The notes under the pieces were generated by a model, which saw only the letters and a program-made list of their open reading frames with translations, was not told the origin of the DNA and searched no databases. Position numbers and translations under genes: made by a program. Shown here piece by piece: positions 20,128 to 28,123 of a stretch of 64,000 nucleotides of DNA. The number at the start of each line of letters is the position of its first letter. The first letter of the stretch is position 1. Source of the stretch: Gammaproteobacteria bacterium (lineage in GTDB: Bacteria > Pseudomonadota > Gammaproteobacteria > UBA4575); contig OZ245760.1 in the NCBI GenBank assembly GCA_965227695.1, positions 594,236-658,235 of the forward strand. Direction: 5' to 3'.

Positions 20128-20673
20128 ATGAAAAAAGTAATTTTTCCATTTATTTTATTTGTCACTATATGTCTGTTGCCGGTTCAGCCTGGTAGTGCGG
20201 CAAGTGCACACGAAATTGATATACGAGTTAAAGCAGCGATTGATATATTCAACGAGCGGATAAAAGAAGGGAAACAGTTTTTAAACTCAGCAAAAGGTGT
20301 CCTGGTTTTCCCTAATATTGTTAAAGCCGGATTTTTTGTTGGTGGCGAGTTCGGGGAAGGTGCATTATTAATTGATAATCAGCATGTTGATTATTATCGT
20401 ACAACAGGTGCCTCATTTGGATTTCAGTTTGGTGCACAGACCAAGTCTGTAATAATTGTATTCCTGGACGAGGAAGCTTTGCGTAAATTCAGGAACAGTG
20501 CTGGCTGGCAGGTTGGCGTTGATGGCTCTATTGCTATTGCCGATACCGGGGCGGGCGGTTCAATTGACTCAACCAATATTTCAGATCCGATCGTGGCTTT
20601 TGTATTTGGTAACAAGGGCTTAATGATTGATGTTTCCCTTGCTGGAACCAAATACTCCAGAATAAGCAAGTAA
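20128..20673 (+). CDS. SYLF (Ysc84-like, DUF500) lipid-binding domain protein, secreted/periplasmic
   Basis: 181 aa with a signal peptide (MKKVIFPFILFVTICLLPVQPGSA). GFFVGGEFGEGALL...GASFGFQFGAQ is typical of SYLF domains. Confidence 0.65.
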   Translation: MKKVIFPFILFVTICLLPVQPGSAASAHEIDIRVKAAIDIFNERIKEGKQFLNSAKGVLVFPNIVKAGFFVGGEFGEGALLIDNQHVDYYRTTGASFGFQFGAQTKSVIIVFLDEEALRKFRNSAGWQVGVDGSIAIADTGAGGSIDSTNISDPIVAFVFGNKGLMIDVSLAGTKYSRISK

Positions 20674-20676
20674 AGA

Positions 20677-21057
20677 TTATATATCCCAGTCTAACAGTAC
20701 TTCATCACCTGGCGCGGCCGTCATTAGCATAGTGACGTCATCAATCGCATCGGCCCATATGTTGGTGATAGCAGCCAGTCTGATCTCTTCATATTCAGAT
20801 AGTGGCGTGGGACCAAAACCAATCGCAATACAGTGCCCCTCGACCCAGAAAGCGATTTCGCCTGCCACTACAACATCTTTGGCGTCAGGTTCCAGACTGG
20901 ATGCTACCGCTACAGGAAAATATACCTCCTGGCCCCAGGTATTCGCTTCAGAACGCATCGGGAGGGCTTCGAGTACTGCAAGTGCCGTGGGAGTGTTGCG
21001 TGCAATAGCCCTGATACCAATGTTGCCCACAGTAATTCTGATGCGATTATTCTGCAT
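20677..21057 (-). CDS. hypothetical protein, possibly DUF3830 cyclophilin-like fold
   Basis: About 127 aa from the internal ATG at 21057 (MQNNRIRITVGNIGIRAI...). The longer ORF-track version would run 215 bp into the upstream gene. The family assignment is from memory only. Confidence 0.4.
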   Translation of the reverse strand: MQNNRIRITVGNIGIRAIARNTPTALAVLEALPMRSEANTWGQEVYFPVAVASSLEPDAKDVVVAGEIAFWVEGHCIAIGFGPTPLSEYEEIRLAAITNIWADAIDDVTMLMTAAPGDEVLLDWDI

Positions 21058-21805
21058 GGCGTAATTTTTCCAGTTCCTGAGTTGCCGCGGATTGTAAAAA
21101 TACCGTGTCAACGCCCATGGCCAGTAGTGTAAATCCCATGGATCGATAAGGGGCAACATCGGTGGCTTGGATACCAAAAATACCCAGGGGTGTAGAGTGA
21201 CGGTCACAGGCAGCCTTAATGTGCTGTATTGCCTGTTGCATCTTTTGATGCGTGAGTTCACCGGTTACACCGAGACTGGCTGACAGGTCATAGGGCCCAA
21301 CCAGAATCGCATCGACCGCATCCAGGGACGCGATGGCATCAATGTTATCAAGCGCGGCCTGCGTTTCAGCCTGCAGCACGATCACTGTTTCCTGATTGGC
21401 TGCATTGAGGTAGGTTGAAAAATCCTTGCCATAACCATGAGCCCGGCCCAGGCCAACGCCACGTTTGCCTTTTGGGGGATACTTGGCATAGCGCACAACG
21501 GCTTCAGCTTCCTGCAAAGTATTTATTTGCGGTACGATGAGACCGCTTGCACCTGCATCCAGGGTTTTTTTCACCCAGCCTTCATCTGGCGCAGGTATGC
21601 GTACCAGGCATGGACAAGCATGAGCAGCCTGCAGTAAAGCCTGTATCTGGGCAGGCCCAAGTGCACCATGCTCAGCATCGATAAAAATCCAGTCAAAATC
21701 CAGCGCCGACAGCGATTCAATGATTTCAGGACTGGCAATTGTCACGAGAGTGCCAATGAGTGTTTGTCTGGCCAGTAATTTCTGGCGAAAAGACTGATGT
21801 TGCAT
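21047..21805 (-). CDS. HpcH/HpaI-family 2-keto-3-deoxy-acid aldolase
   Basis: Contains FIDAEHG, the conserved RYPPKGKRG, and ILVGPYDLS. The start was set at the ATG giving MQHQSFRQKLLARQTLIG, which aligns with HpaI N-termini and removes the overlap with rpiA. Confidence 0.75.
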   Translation of the reverse strand: MQHQSFRQKLLARQTLIGTLVTIASPEIIESLSALDFDWIFIDAEHGALGPAQIQALLQAAHACPCLVRIPAPDEGWVKKTLDAGASGLIVPQINTLQEAEAVVRYAKYPPKGKRGVGLGRAHGYGKDFSTYLNAANQETVIVLQAETQAALDNIDAIASLDAVDAILVGPYDLSASLGVTGELTHQKMQQAIQHIKAACDRHSTPLGIFGIQATDVAPYRSMGFTLLAMGVDTVFLQSAATQELEKLRHAE

Positions 21806-21809
21806 AAGC

Positions 21810-22463
21810 TCAGATTTTTTTGATTCCGTTATCGCATCCAAGCAGTATCACATCTGCCGGACGGTGTGCAAAAATTCCTGCAGTGACAACCCCCGGCATA
21901 AGGCTGATATCTGATTCCATTTTTAGCGGTTGCGATATATCAAGATTGTAGACATCGAGAATTATATTGCCGTTATCTGTAGTAAATCCTTCGCGTAATT
22001 CCGGTACCCCGCCTAATTTAACCAGCTGTCGTGCCACAACGCTGCGTGCCATGGGAATTACTTCTACCGGGAGTGGAAATTTACCCAGTATTTCAACCAG
22101 TTTTGAGTCATCGGCAATACAGATAAACTGGCTGCTGGCGCTAGCAACGATTTTTTCCCGCGTGAGCGCGCCTCCTCCTCCTTTGACGAGCGATTTTTGT
22201 GTGGTGGCTTCATCGGCACCATCAATGTAAACTGGCAGCGGGCCGGTCGCATTCAAGTCCAATATGCGTATGCCGTGTGACTGAAGTTGTCGTGCGCTTG
22301 CCTCGGAACTGGCGACTGCGCCATCTATTTTATTTTTTATGTTGGCTAATGCACTGATGAAGTAATCGGCGGTTGAGCCGGTTCCTACACCGACGACATC
22401 ACCAATTTGTATATAATCAATCGCAGCTTCAGCAGCAATTTTCTTTTTATTATTTACATCCAT
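21810..22463 (-). CDS. rpiA: ribose-5-phosphate isomerase A
   Basis: 217 aa. [26 protein letters not shown] and the C-terminus GVVTAGIFA match RpiA. Confidence 0.9.
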   Translation of the reverse strand: MDVNNKKKIAAEAAIDYIQIGDVVGVGTGSTADYFISALANIKNKIDGAVASSEASARQLQSHGIRILDLNATGPLPVYIDGADEATTQKSLVKGGGGALTREKIVASASSQFICIADDSKLVEILGKFPLPVEVIPMARSVVARQLVKLGGVPELREGFTTDNGNIILDVYNLDISQPLKMESDISLMPGVVTAGIFAHRPADVILLGCDNGIKKI

Positions 22464-22520
22464 AGACTATGCCTGTTGAATGACTAATGATTCTGAACCA
22501 TGTAAAGGCTGATTTAACAC

Positions 22521-24074
22521 GTGAGTAATCTAATTTTGGCTAATGATATCACTGATTACAGTGTAACTCAGATAATTGAGATGATTTCCAGCGCGACTGT
22601 TTATGATGTTGCAGATATCTCGGCATTACATACCGCAAAACGCCTTTCCAGGCGCCTTGATAATACTATATGGTTCAAGCGAGAAGACCAGCAAACTGTA
22701 TTTTCGTTCAAGCTGCGAGGGGCATACAATAAAATCAGTCACCTCGATGAGGCACAAAAGAAAGCAGGTATCATTGCTGCTTCCGCAGGAAATCACGCGC
22801 AAGGGGTAGCATTGGCGGCACAACGTCTGAATATCAATGCGACCATTGTGATGCCAGTGACAACACCCAGCATAAAAGTAGATTCAGTACGCGCCATGGG
22901 TGCGGAGGTGGTACTTCATGGTGATAACTACGATGCCGCCTGCTCACATGCTTACCAACTCACACAGGATCAAAATAAAGTATTTATACATCCTTATGAT
23001 GACATAGAAGTAATCGCCGGGCAGGGGACGATCGGCAAAGAGATAATAGAACAATCTGACATGCATATTGACGCAGTGTTTGTTCCGGTTGGAGGCGGTG
23101 GCCTGATTGCGGGTGTATCAACCTGGATTAAACACTTTTCTCCATCTACGAAAATAATAGGTGTAGAACCGGAAGATGCACCTACACTTTTTACCGCATT
23201 GAAGTCAGGTGAGCGGGTCAAGCTGGCTCAAGTGGGAATTTTTGCAGATGGGGTTGCTGTCAAGCAGATCGGGTTAAATACCTTTGAGCTGGCTAAAAAA
23301 TATGTCGACGAGGTTATTCTCGTGAGTATTGATGAGCTGTGTGCTGGTATCAAGGATATATTTGACGATACGCGCGTTGTCTCTGAGCCGGCAGGCGCTT
23401 TAGCTATTGCTGGATTGAAAAAATATGTACAACGGGAAAAATGCAAAAACCTGAATCTTGTTGCGATTAATAGTGGTGCAAATATGAATTTTGACCGGTT
23501 AAGGCATGTTACGGAACGCACCGAATTAGGGGAAGGCAGAGAAGGGCTGTTTGCAGTCACGATTCCTGAATGTAAAGGTAGTTTCCTCAGGTTTTGTACC
23601 CTGATCGGCAATCACAGTATTAGTGAATTTAATTATCGTTATGCCAGTGAAAGCGAGGCACATATTTTTGTAGGCATAAAATTTGAAGATGCGCAAAAAG
23701 AAAAATCATCTATGATCGAAATGCTGAAATCGCACCAATATCCAGTCACGGACTTGTCTGATAATGAAATGGCCAAGCTTCACTTGAGGCATCTTGTTGG
23801 TGGGCATTCGCCACAATCGCAGCATGAGGTGATATACAGGTTTGAGTTTCCGGAACGCCCGGGTGCTTTACTCGAGTTTTTATCGGTAATGGGCTCGCAA
23901 TGGAACATTACCCTGTTTCATTACCGTAATCATGGCGCAGCTTATGGACGTGTGCTGGTGGGAGCCCAGGTGCCTCCTTCCGAAGTCGATGATTTTAAAG
24001 AGTTTTTGCGAAAAGTCGGCTACACGTACTATGATGAAACTGCAAATCCAATCTACGATTTATTCTTAAAATAG
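22521..24074 (+). CDS. ilvA: biosynthetic threonine dehydratase (with C-terminal tandem regulatory domains)
   Basis: 517 aa. Has the PLP-lysine context FSFKLRGAYN, the GGGGL glycine loop, and two ACT-like repeats in the C-terminal third. Confidence 0.9.
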   Translation: MSNLILANDITDYSVTQIIEMISSATVYDVADISALHTAKRLSRRLDNTIWFKREDQQTVFSFKLRGAYNKISHLDEAQKKAGIIAASAGNHAQGVALAAQRLNINATIVMPVTTPSIKVDSVRAMGAEVVLHGDNYDAACSHAYQLTQDQNKVFIHPYDDIEVIAGQGTIGKEIIEQSDMHIDAVFVPVGGGGLIAGVSTWIKHFSPSTKIIGVEPEDAPTLFTALKSGERVKLAQVGIFADGVAVKQIGLNTFELAKKYVDEVILVSIDELCAGIKDIFDDTRVVSEPAGALAIAGLKKYVQREKCKNLNLVAINSGANMNFDRLRHVTERTELGEGREGLFAVTIPECKGSFLRFCTLIGNHSISEFNYRYASESEAHIFVGIKFEDAQKEKSSMIEMLKSHQYPVTDLSDNEMAKLHLRHLVGGHSPQSQHEVIYRFEFPERPGALLEFLSVMGSQWNITLFHYRNHGAAYGRVLVGAQVPPSEVDDFKEFLRKVGYTYYDETANPIYDLFLK

Positions 24075-24084
24075 AATAAAAAAA

Positions 24085-24105
24085 GGACCCGTTCAGGGCC
24101 CTTTT
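24085..24105. terminator. bidirectional intrinsic terminator between ilvA (+) and the H1-like gene (-)
   Basis: GGACCC-gttca-GGGCCC is flanked by an A-run on the left and a T-run on the right. It reads as a better hairpin plus U-tract on the minus strand (with a G-U wobble), but is usable on both. Confidence 0.55.
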
Positions 24106-24124
24106 CAATGTCTACGCGTTAAGC

Positions 24125-24451
24125 CTAGCGTTTTTTCTTGGCTGTTTTGCGTTTTGCAGTTTTACGCTTGGCAGTTTTCTTTTTCACTGTTTTGCGTTTT
24201 GCAGTTTTACGCTTGGCAGTTTTCTTTTTCACTGTTTTGCGTTTTGCAGTTTTACGCTTGGCAGTTTTCTTTTTCACTGTTTTGCGTTTTGCAGTTTTAC
24301 GCTTGGCAGTTTTCTTTTTCACTGTTTTGCGTTTTGCAGTTTTACGCTTGGCAGGTGCTTTGCGTTTTGCGGTCTTTCTTACTGCTTTGCGCTTGGCAGG
24401 TGCTTTGCGTTTTGCAGTTTTGCGTTTCGCAGTTTTGCGTTTGACGGCCAT
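24125..24451 (-). CDS. histone H1-like / AlgP-like Lys-Ala-rich nucleoid-associated protein
   Basis: 108 aa made almost entirely of K, R, T and A, with the 15-aa unit TAKRKTAKRKTVKKK repeated about 4 times. This resembles bacterial Hc1/AlgP/BpH1-type basic proteins. Confidence 0.65.
   Translation of the reverse strand: MAVKRKTAKRKTAKRKAPAKRKAVRKTAKRKAPAKRKTAKRKTVKKKTAKRKTAKRKTVKKKTAKRKTAKRKTVKKKTAKRKTAKRKTVKKKTAKRKTAKRKTAKKKR
24141..24353. repeat. 45-bp direct tandem repeat, about 4.7 copies (coding repeat inside the H1-like gene)
   Basis: The motif GCAGTTTTCT recurs at 24171, 24216, 24261 and 24306, an exact 45-bp period. The copies are nearly identical and degenerate toward 24353. Confidence 0.9.
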
Positions 24452-24771
24452 TTGTGTTCCTCCAAACTTTAACGTTAACGTTTTTTGACGACGTGAGTAT
24501 AAACAATAGACTAAAAATTACTAGTTTTTTTATATTGTTTTTTTATCTTTTTGTCTGAGTTTTTTATTTTTTTGCAAATATCAAAGAAAAATTTAATTAA
24601 ATATACTGCAAATTGTATTCTTTCAAATTAAAACATGACATGTTCATATTTGAAAAATACTTCGTTTTTTTAACATAACAACAATTCTGATACGTCTGTA
24701 ATTTTTAATGCATTAGACTTAAATTATTGCAAAATGTGGTGCAGCTGTTCACCTGCTATATGAAATAAAGC
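24452..24771. promoter_or_regulatory. 320-bp AT-rich, T-tract-phased (probably curved) intergenic region upstream of the H1-like gene
   Basis: Much more AT-rich than the flanking DNA. Contains repeated T5-7 tracts at roughly helical spacing (tttttttatattgtttttttatctttttgtctgagttttttattttttt). No ORF with coding character. Confidence 0.5.
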
Positions 24772-25224
24772 TTACTCCAGATTAAGAATGTAATCCCAGT
24801 GTTGTTTTGTAACAGGCATTATTGAAAGTCGGTTGCCTTTGCGAAGCAGCGGTAAATCCTGCAGTGTTTTGTGATTTTTAAGTTCCTGAAGTGTAATGGT
24901 ACGCTTTAATTTGCGTTTATATTTCACATCCACCATCATCCATCGGGGATTATCCGGATCGCTTTTAGGGTCGTAATGCTTATCTTTTTTATCAAATGCA
25001 GTATGGTCAGGGTACCCTTCGCGATGTATTGTCATGATCCCGACAATCCCTATCTCATCGCAATTGGAATGATACATAAAAGCTAAATCACCTTTTTTCA
25101 TCTGGTCACGCATCATGTTGCGTGCTTGATAGTTGCGTACCCCGTCCCAGTGCTCGATTTTGTCCTTCTTTAAATCATCTATGCTGTATTCGCCGGGTTC
25201 GGACTTCATTAACCAATATTGCAT
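24772..25224 (-). CDS. EVE (PUA-like) domain protein
   Basis: About 150 aa from the ATG at 25224 (MQYWLMKSEPGEYSIDDL...). The WLMKSEP...W.GVRNYQARN pattern is typical of EVE/DUF55. The ORF-track start at 25242 is a TTG. Confidence 0.7.
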   Translation of the reverse strand: MQYWLMKSEPGEYSIDDLKKDKIEHWDGVRNYQARNMMRDQMKKGDLAFMYHSNCDEIGIVGIMTIHREGYPDHTAFDKKDKHYDPKSDPDNPRWMMVDVKYKRKLKRTITLQELKNHKTLQDLPLLRKGNRLSIMPVTKQHWDYILNLE

Positions 25225-25317
25225 AACAAATATCTCTTTCAAACTTTAACAAGATGTTAATCCTAGCACATGGTCAATGAGATCAAGGCATTTATAGGAG
25301 TGTAGGCGAGTAGAAGA

Positions 25318-25524
25318 GATATTGGGAAAGCGCACTCCATGAGTACCGTGGCGATGGCCGTTGACCTTGAACCAGAGGTTCAAGTGGGTTCACTGTAAAA
25401 GTCTTAAGGCTCCCTGCTTTTGCAGGTATGCACACTGACTATTAACAAGCAATCCCGAGGTTTGTTAATAGGCTCAAGGGATTTAACGACGTGCTCACGC
25501 ATATCGCAGAGGCGCTGACTCCAA
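25318..25524 (-). ncRNA. ssrS: 6S RNA (SsrS), immediately downstream of zapA; ends approximate
   Basis: The minus-strand transcript contains, in the same order as E. coli 6S, the segments CUCUGCGAUAUG / UCCCUUGAGCC / AGCCUUAAGAC / the hairpin CUUGAACC-ucu-GGUUCAAGG / a 3' end ...GUGCGCUUUCCC. It sits at the conserved zapA-ssrS position. Confidence 0.6.
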
Positions 25525-25541
25525 TTCTACGACGCGGGATA

Positions 25542-25850
25542 TCAGAATTCCAACTGATTTGATGTACGAATGGCGCTATCTATCCGCTCATGTAGTGTAC
25601 GTACACGCTGATTGATGCTTGAGGTATAGGCCTGGTGCTGTGAACGCTCCGACAGATACTCATGGGCAAGATTCAGTGCTGCCATTACTGTGATCCTGTC
25701 AGGGCCAATCACTTTGCCGCTCTCACGAACTTCTGAGATGCGCTCATTAAGAAATGTTGCAGATTGTCTGAGTGCATCTTCCTGCCCTTCTGGACATGCG
25801 ATGCGGTATTCTTTGTCGAGTATTTGGACTGTGATCGGCTTTGAGCTCAT
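25542..25850 (-). CDS. zapA: cell division protein ZapA
   Basis: 102 aa. ITVQILDKEYRIACPEGQEDALRQSATFLNERI is the ZapA family pattern. The 6S RNA lies downstream. Confidence 0.8.
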   Translation of the reverse strand: MSSKPITVQILDKEYRIACPEGQEDALRQSATFLNERISEVRESGKVIGPDRITVMAALNLAHEYLSERSQHQAYTSSINQRVRTLHERIDSAIRTSNQLEF

Positions 25851-25881
25851 AGTGCGTATATTGGTTAGGCGTTGTGTCGTG

Positions 25882-26097
25882 TTAACCTGCCGTCTCCATG
25901 GCTTTTAATCGATTTATCATAGTCTGTACCCGTTGACGTGCTTCTTCCTGTTTCTCCAGCAGTTTGGCCCGCTCAGTGCTGTATGATTGCTGCTGGGCTT
26001 TAAGTAGCCTGTTCTCCTGCTTTAACTGTTCACATGTCTGTATAAGTTCATCAATGCGAATTTCTAGCCTCTGGAATTCTTCTTCTGAAATATTCAT
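25882..26097 (-). CDS. zapB: ZapB-like coiled-coil cell division protein
   Basis: 71 aa all-coiled-coil protein (EEEFQRLEIRIDELIQTCEQLKQENRLLKAQQQ). Sits upstream of zapA as in Pseudomonas. Confidence 0.55.
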   Translation of the reverse strand: MNISEEEFQRLEIRIDELIQTCEQLKQENRLLKAQQQSYSTERAKLLEKQEEARQRVQTMINRLKAMETAG

Positions 26098-26259
26098 GGT
26101 ATTTCTTATTATTATTCAAGCCGTTAACAGTAACAATATGCTATCACACAAACAGGCAGAACGACAAAGTAAAATATATGACAGTTTCCAGCTTACAACA
26201 GTATTATTTAGCCGTGACTGGATATAAATATTTGAATTTAATAGTGGTAAACTTCAATC

Positions 26260-26811
26260 ATGAGTTTACCTGCCTATGAAGAATTAAATGAAGCTTTGCG
26301 CCAGCTCGATTTCGGTGAGCGTGCTTCTGAGCTGCATGGCTTTTTATGTGGTGTCGTCGCACTGGATATCGCTTATCCTCTTGGTTCGTCAATTACCACA
26401 CTGGCGCCTGATCTTCGTCAGGATGCAATGAACGAGCAATTCACACAAACCCTTGACTGTTTGTACGACGCAGTACGTCAGCAAATGACCGATCCGGTGC
26501 TACAACTCGAACTGCTTATCCCTGAGGAAAATTCAGTGAATTTAAGCGCACGGGTAAAAGCCTTGGGCAGCTGGTGTGATGGTTTCTTGTTTGGGCTTGC
26601 CAATGCAGGACTGAGGGAACGTTCTGACCTGCCTGAAGACACTTCTGAAATTCTGTTGGACCTGACTCGCATTTCACAGCTGCAGGGCGCTGATACTGGC
26701 GATGAAGATGAAGAATCTTCTTTCAATGAGTTGCTCGAGTATGTGCGCATGTCTGCTTTGCTGGTGGCAGAAGAGCTCCAGCCGATCAAAATGTCTACGG
26801 AGTTGCAATAA
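26260..26811 (+). CDS. ygfB: UPF0149 family protein YgfB
   Basis: 183 aa. Divergent from zapA and directly upstream of pepP, exactly as E. coli ygfB. Has an acidic C-terminal region. Confidence 0.75.
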   Translation: MSLPAYEELNEALRQLDFGERASELHGFLCGVVALDIAYPLGSSITTLAPDLRQDAMNEQFTQTLDCLYDAVRQQMTDPVLQLELLIPEENSVNLSARVKALGSWCDGFLFGLANAGLRERSDLPEDTSEILLDLTRISQLQGADTGDEDEESSFNELLEYVRMSALLVAEELQPIKMSTELQ

Positions 26812-28119
26812 GTGAGAAATGAATTCACGAAGCGCAGGAAGAACCTGATGCGAATGATGGGGCCTGATGCCATTGCAATAATCCCCGCCTCTTCGGTTAA
26901 GGTGCGTAACCGCGATGTTGAGTTTGATTATCGCCAGGATAGCGATTTTTTGTATTTAACCGGCTTCCATGAGCCGGAGTCTGTCGCTGTTTTGATCCCC
27001 CAACGTGAACAGGCACAGTATGTCCTGTTCTGTCGTGAGCGCGATCTGGAGATGGAAACCTGGAATGGACGCCGGGCAGGCCAGAAAGGCGCGATCGAAT
27101 ACTACGATGCTGACGATGCCTTTCCTATTGGTGACATTGATGAAATCCTGCCTGGATTACTGGAACAGCGTGAACGTGTTTTTTACACGATGGGGGTGAA
27201 TACTGATTTTGACCACAGAGTGATTGGCTGGGTGAATCAGATACGCGAAAAGGGTCGCGGAGGGGCACATACTCCCAATGAATTTATTGCATTGGAGCAC
27301 TTATTACACGAGTTAAGGTTGTTCAAGTCGGGTGCGGAAATTCAGTCAATGAAAAAGGCGGCAAAAGCGGCCATGGCCGGACACCGTCGCGCCATGCAGC
27401 GCTGTCGGCCTGGTATGTATGAATATCAGGTTGAAGCTGAACTTCTATATGAATTTAAAAAGGCCGGTTGCCAGACTGCCTACCCGTCTATCGTAGGAGG
27501 TGGTGAAAATGGCTGTATATTACATTACACGGATAACAACCATATTCTTAAGGAGGGCGAGTTACTATTGATCGATGCCGGTGCGGAATTTCAGGGCTAT
27601 GCGAGTGATATAACACGTACATTTCCTGTGAATGGTGAATTCAGTGAACCACAACTTGAGTTATATAATCTTGTGCTTGAAGCTCAGTTAGCCGCAATTG
27701 ATGCGGTACGGCCGGGCAATCACTGGAACGATCCGCATGACATTGCCATCAAGGTACTCACTAAGGGTTTGATCAGGCTTGGCATTTTGAAAGGAAGACC
27801 TGCGCAGTTAATCAGGGATGAAGAGTATCGGCGCTTCTATATGCACCGCACCGGCCACTGGCTGGGTTTGGATGTGCATGATGTCGGCGACTACAAAGTT
27901 GACAATCAGTGGCGCCTGTTTGAACCAGGTATGGTGCTTACGGTTGAACCGGGACTATATATCCCCGCCAAATCAAAAGGGGTGCCAAAACGTTACTGGA
28001 ATACAGGTATTCGTATCGAAGATGATGTGCGTGTTACTCGCAGTGGCCACGAAGTTCTTACTCAGGCGCTAATTAAAGAAGCTGAGGATATTGAACAATG
28101 GATGGCATCAGCCCGGTAA
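26812..28119 (+). CDS. pepP: Xaa-Pro aminopeptidase (aminopeptidase P II)
   Basis: 435 aa M24 peptidase. Has the HTGHWLGLDVHD metal-ligand motif and the N-terminal creatinase-like domain. Confidence 0.9.
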   Translation: MRNEFTKRRKNLMRMMGPDAIAIIPASSVKVRNRDVEFDYRQDSDFLYLTGFHEPESVAVLIPQREQAQYVLFCRERDLEMETWNGRRAGQKGAIEYYDADDAFPIGDIDEILPGLLEQRERVFYTMGVNTDFDHRVIGWVNQIREKGRGGAHTPNEFIALEHLLHELRLFKSGAEIQSMKKAAKAAMAGHRRAMQRCRPGMYEYQVEAELLYEFKKAGCQTAYPSIVGGGENGCILHYTDNNHILKEGELLLIDAGAEFQGYASDITRTFPVNGEFSEPQLELYNLVLEAQLAAIDAVRPGNHWNDPHDIAIKVLTKGLIRLGILKGRPAQLIRDEEYRRFYMHRTGHWLGLDVHDVGDYKVDNQWRLFEPGMVLTVEPGLYIPAKSKGVPKRYWNTGIRIEDDVRVTRSGHEVLTQALIKEAEDIEQWMASAR

Positions 28120-28123
28120 CTTC

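Noticed and set aside
24141-24353. Tandem repeat considered as a CRISPR array
   Set aside because: The period is 45 bp with no interspersed unique spacers, the units are directly adjacent and in frame inside a coding sequence, and no cas genes lie nearby.
24138-24488. Plus-strand ORFs (116 and 96 aa) with FAVLR/FYAWQ repeats
   Set aside because: They are the antisense and shifted-frame readings of the 45-bp tandem repeat. The minus-strand Lys-rich frame has the better start context and a recognisable protein class.
25360-25395. 6S RNA assigned to the plus strand because CCUUGAACCAGAGGUUCAAG reads like the E. coli 6S hairpin on that strand
   Set aside because: The hairpin is palindromic. The other conserved 6S blocks occur in the E. 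coli order only on the minus strand.
28091-28123. ORF-track start of ubiH at TTG 28091 overlapping pepP
   Set aside because: The downstream ATG at 28124 yields the conserved FAD-fingerprint N-terminus without overlap. Several ORF-track starts in this window are TTG extensions (13796, 25242, 51200).
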